A stretch of DNA of 64,000 bases, taken from Prasinococcaceae sp. CCMP 1430 (lineage: Eukaryota; Plantae; Prasinodermophyta). The stretch's first letter is position 1, and each line of letters opens with the position of its first letter. Where the stretch lies: contig RQSC01000029.1 in the NCBI GenBank assembly GCA_013416795.1, positions 158,491 through 222,490 of the forward strand, written 5' to 3'. The position numbers were made by a program, and so were the translations under genes. Under the pieces are notes generated by a model that had not been told where the DNA came from, made no database searches, and saw nothing but the letters and a program-made list of their open reading frames with translations. Of the stretch, positions 60,760-64,000 are shown piece after piece.

Positions 60760-60912
60760 GGTGATCGCGACGGCGCAACGCGCACGCACGCGGGCAGGCT
60801 GCGCACGTGGCGGCGCGCACGAGTAATGTGCCACCAATGTAGAGAGTACACACCCAAAATGAGCGCAGGGGCCGCGCGGGCGAGCGCGCCCGTCGATAAG
60901 GCCTGTCGATGT

Positions 60913-63282
60913 TCAGTTCTTGTTCTTGCTCTGGCACTCTTTTTTCTTCCTGGACGATTCGGGAGCGTCGGGCTCCATCTGGGAGCATTCTGCACCTGCC
61001 ACGGCATCCTCGTCATCTTCGCCGGCGTGCCCCTCGCCATCAACATCCTCGGCATTGCCATCGTCCACAGGCTCAGCCTGTGCGCCCGCAGTCGCTCCCT
61101 CGGCGGCCCCCGGTGTCGCTTCCGCACCCTCCCCCCTCGCGTCGGTGCCACCAGCGTCGTCGGCGTCAGCGCCGACGTCGCCGTCCGCACCGCTGTCGTC
61201 ACCGGCCGCGATCGCGGCTGGTAGCTCCGCCGCGGCACGCTGCAGATCCTCGTCGCTTTCGCCACCGAGGCCTTCGCCAGCCTCCTCCTCGCCATCGGAG
61301 GTATCGTCCAGCCACGTGTCTACCTCCGCCTCCGCCTCACTTTCCTGAGCGGCCTCTGCGTCAATGGGCGCCCCATCCTCCACAGCGAGCCCCTTCACGG
61401 TGTCCACCAGGGCCTCGGGAGCGGATGCAGGCGTAGCGGGCGAGCCTTGGCCCACTGGCTGCTCGCCAACTTCAGGTTGCTCCGCGGCAGCAGCCGCATC
61501 CAGTGCCCCCACGCCCTGTGCCCCGAGCGCAGACTCAGGCACGACGTCCGCGTTGCCCCCCTCTTGGGGCTCGGCCGTGGCGGCGCCAGCTTTGCCCACG
61601 GCGCCAGCCTCGGCACCTTCGTCAGCTGCATCATCGACCTGCCCTTGCACCTGGTCGTCGACTTCGGCTTCTTCCGTCGGCTCGTCGTCGATGGGCATGA
61701 CCAAGCCGGTGCGCAGTTCGGGCTTTGGCGCGGCCTCGAACTGCTCGTACAGGGCGGTGATGCCCTCGAGCGCGACCTTGACCGCCTCATCGTGGCGTCT
61801 GACCTGAGGCGGAGAAGTCGCGGACTCGCTGCCGCCCCCCGCGCTCGCGCCCTCCGAGCCCGTAGGCGAGAGCGCGGAGCTGGTGAGCTCGTGCTGCTTG
61901 GCGATGGACCTCCCGACGTGCACCAGCTCGAGCACTTGCTGTTCGCACTCCATATAGTTGTGCTCGAGCGCGCGCCTCCCCGCGCGCATCTCTTCGACCA
62001 CCGCGGCCATTCCGAGATCGCGCGCGTCGCGCTGCTTGGTGGCGCTGCTGGCGAGCTCCGCGCGGCAAAACTCGAGGCGGCGAAGCGCAAGCACGAGCTC
62101 CTCACGGCAGCGCTCGGCGCCGAGGGCGGCCGCGGCCGCGGCGGCGCATCGTGCCTCGGTGGTGGCGATGGCCGCTTCGACGTCCATCTCCGCGCGACAG
62201 CGCTGCGCGCGCTCCTCCGCTGCTCCCAGGAAACGGCGCCAGAGTTTGGCGGCCTCCAGCTCCGCCGAGTGCGTCTTGACGCTCGTCACGAGCGCGGCGT
62301 TGCGCGCCTGCAGCTCGGCCACCATCTCACCGTTGGATTTCTCGAACTCGGCGCGCTCCTCAGCGAGCTTGGTGTGGCGCCCCTCGGCCTCGCGCAGGCG
62401 CGCCTCCACGTCGGCGAGCTCCGCGGCCAGCTCGTCACGCGCCTTCGAGAGCGACGCCATGTCCGCCGCCGCGCTGGCCTCCTGCCCACCGATCTCGGCC
62501 ACGCGCTGCTCCTGGTAGGCCTCGGCGTCCGACTGCTGCTTCTCGCACGTCGTCAATGCCGCCTGCAGCTGCGCGACATCGCCGTCCAAGGTGTCCACCA
62601 GCTCCTCGGCGCGCGCGAGCCGCTGCGCGCCGCGGCCCGCGGCCTCGGCGAGCGACTCGCGGTCGGGGCGCGCCACGGCGGCCGCCGCGCGCGCCCTCGA
62701 TGTGGTCTTCAGCAAGCTTGTCGCCATCGACAACGCGCTCGTCTCGACCGCGTCGGACGCGGACGCGCCGGTGCTCGCGCCATCCCCGCCGCCGCCCTCG
62801 GCCGCCGCGCTCCCGCCCTCGTCGTCGTCGCCATCGCCGTCGCCATCGTCGTCGGCGGCGGCGGCAGCGCCCTCCCCCGCACCGCCCCTGTCGGCGTCGC
62901 CCGCGCGCCGCTTGTCCACCTCGGCCTCCACGACACCCCTGAGCTCCTGGTTGGCGTCGCGCAGCACCTGGGCAGAGCGTAGCTTCGCGACGTCGGGCTT
63001 GAGCGCCCCGAGCGCGTCGGCCGCGAGCGCGAGCAGCTCCGTCCTCGAGAGCATCTCCTCGCTCTCGAGGCGCGCGGCGGTGGTGCCCAGCTCGTCCAGC
63101 TCCGACGCGATGGTCGACGCGTCGGACGCCGCGGTGGGGAGCAGCGCGGCGCCTAGCAGGCTCGCGAGGTCCGCGCGCTCGTGCGCGTTGGCCGGCGGCG
63201 CCTGGATGAAGCTGGAGACGAGCACCTCGAGCGCGCGGCTGCGGCACAGCATCTCGCGGAACGACAGCGCGCCGAGGGGCTC
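60913..63282 (-). CDS. Coiled-coil protein resembling the plant At2g37370 family, acidic C-tail; upstream exon(s) not located
   Basis: SFREMLCRSRALEVLVSSFIQAP and SRTELLALAADALGALK resemble recalled TFRDVFLHSQALE and KREELLQY..GAIGGLK; AG acceptor near 63283. Confidence 0.55.
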   Translation of the reverse strand, partial: EPLGALSFREMLCRSRALEVLVSSFIQAPPANAHERADLASLLGAALLPTAASDASTIASELDELGTTAARLESEEMLSRTELLALAADALGALKPDVAKLRSAQVLRDANQELRGVVEAEVDKRRAGDADRGGAGEGAAAAADDDGDGDGDDDEGGSAAAEGGGGDGASTGASASDAVETSALSMATSLLKTTSRARAAAAVARPDRESLAEAAGRGAQRLARAEELVDTLDGDVAQLQAALTTCEKQQSDAEAYQEQRVAEIGGQEASAAADMASLSKARDELAAELADVEARLREAEGRHTKLAEERAEFEKSNGEMVAELQARNAALVTSVKTHSAELEAAKLWRRFLGAAEERAQRCRAEMDVEAAIATTEARCAAAAAAALGAERCREELVLALRRLEFCRAELASSATKQRDARDLGMAAVVEEMRAGRRALEHNYMECEQQVLELVHVGRSIAKQHELTSSALSPTGSEGASAGGGSESATSPPQVRRHDEAVKVALEGITALYEQFEAAPKPELRTGLVMPIDDEPTEEAEVDDQVQGQVDDAADEGAEAGAVGKAGAATAEPQEGGNADVVPESALGAQGVGALDAAAAAEQPEVGEQPVGQGSPATPASAPEALVDTVKGLAVEDGAPIDAEAAQESEAEAEVDTWLDDTSDGEEEAGEGLGGESDEDLQRAAAELPAAIAAGDDSGADGDVGADADDAGGTDARGEGAEATPGAAEGATAGAQAEPVDDGNAEDVDGEGHAGEDDEDAVAGAECSQMEPDAPESSRKKKECQSKNKN

Positions 63283-63716
63283 TGACGCGTCCGTGTCCGC
63301 GTCAACGCCCCGGGCGGCGGCGCCGCCGTCGCGACGCGCGCGGCGCGGTCACCGCACCCGCCACGCCCTCGCTCTCGCTCACTCACTCCTCATCCTCACA
63401 CTCCCGCATCAGAGTACTTCTCTCTATCTATCTATCTCTGCATCATCAGTCAGCCAGCCTGCGCGCGTCGCAATTCGATCGATCGAGGCCTCGGTCGGTC
63501 GGGTTCGCTCCTGCCTGCCTGCGCTCGGTCGCTCGTCGATTGGCCGGTCGGTGGGTCGGTCCGGTCGCGGGGGAATGGGGATGCGCGGCGGGCGCTGCCG
63601 CGGACGACGGGCGGGTCGGGTTGCCGGGCCGGCGGAAGCCGAGTGCGGCCGAGCAGCCGCAGCTCGGTCTGCTCGGCGGGGTCGTGCGCGCCGCCCGCCT
63701 GCTCGGACCTTGCCGG

Positions 63717-64000
63717 CTAGCGGCGGCGCTTCCTGCCGCCGCCGCGCTTGTTGCGCGGGTCCAACGTCTTCCGCCGGTCGAGGTCGCGCTCGCGCTCGAA
63801 CATCTGCTGCGCAGCGTCGTCGCCCGACTGCAGGACGAGCGGGATGAGCGCGGTGAATCCGAGGGTTACGACAGCCGCCGCTGCGAGCAGCGTGCCCGTC
63901 CCGGCCTCGACATCGCCCGCCTCCGCGCGGCACACAACGCGGCGCTGCCGCGGCCGCGCGCGTGCTTTCGGCCGCGCGGCTGCAATTGCGCGGCCGGCCG
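63717..64000 (-). CDS. Small plastid-targeted single-pass membrane protein (start beyond window)
   Basis: Ala/Arg-rich transit peptide ending RRVVCRAE, one hydrophobic helix, basic tail. Confidence 0.6.
   Translation of the reverse strand, partial: AGRAIAAARPKARARPRQRRVVCRAEAGDVEAGTGTLLAAAAVVTLGFTALIPLVLQSGDDAAQQMFERERDLDRRKTLDPRNKRGGGRKRRR

Overview
Eukaryotic nuclear scaffold from a very GC-rich, gene-dense green alga. This is inferred from a green-type 18S/5.8S, a TTTAGGG telo-box, plastid BCCP, chorismate synthase, an FHY1-like hydrolase and short GT-AG introns; an early-diverging prasinophyte such as Prasinoderma is a guess. Positions 1-32.8 kb and 47.9-64 kb hold ordinary single-copy genes: VPS13-like, THOC1, PDE12, dynein LC4-like, CFAP58, eIF2B-epsilon, DDX54, chorismate synthase, a CBS protein, an SnRK2-like kinase, SWT1-like PIN, TPR, SERAC1-like, BCCP, ULP1, RNF10, FDH, PPR, FHY1, CCDC96 and others. 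Between them lies an anomalous ~15 kb block with two parts. (i) 32.8-43.7 kb is a tangle of rDNA from two clearly different eukaryotic types. (ii) 43.8-47.8 kb is a mosaic of at least seven short fragments of unrelated genes in mixed orientation. One fragment, a second ULP1 copy, contains 55 nt that are the exact base-by-base complement, NOT the reverse complement, of the matching stretch in the other ULP1 copy. Much of this block may be assembly artefact, but a second eukaryote in the sample or a gene-capturing element are testable alternatives. In the clean part, the most notable gene is an intronless bacterial-type formate dehydrogenase with an unusual cofactor-specificity motif. All family assignments are from motif recall, not database searches.
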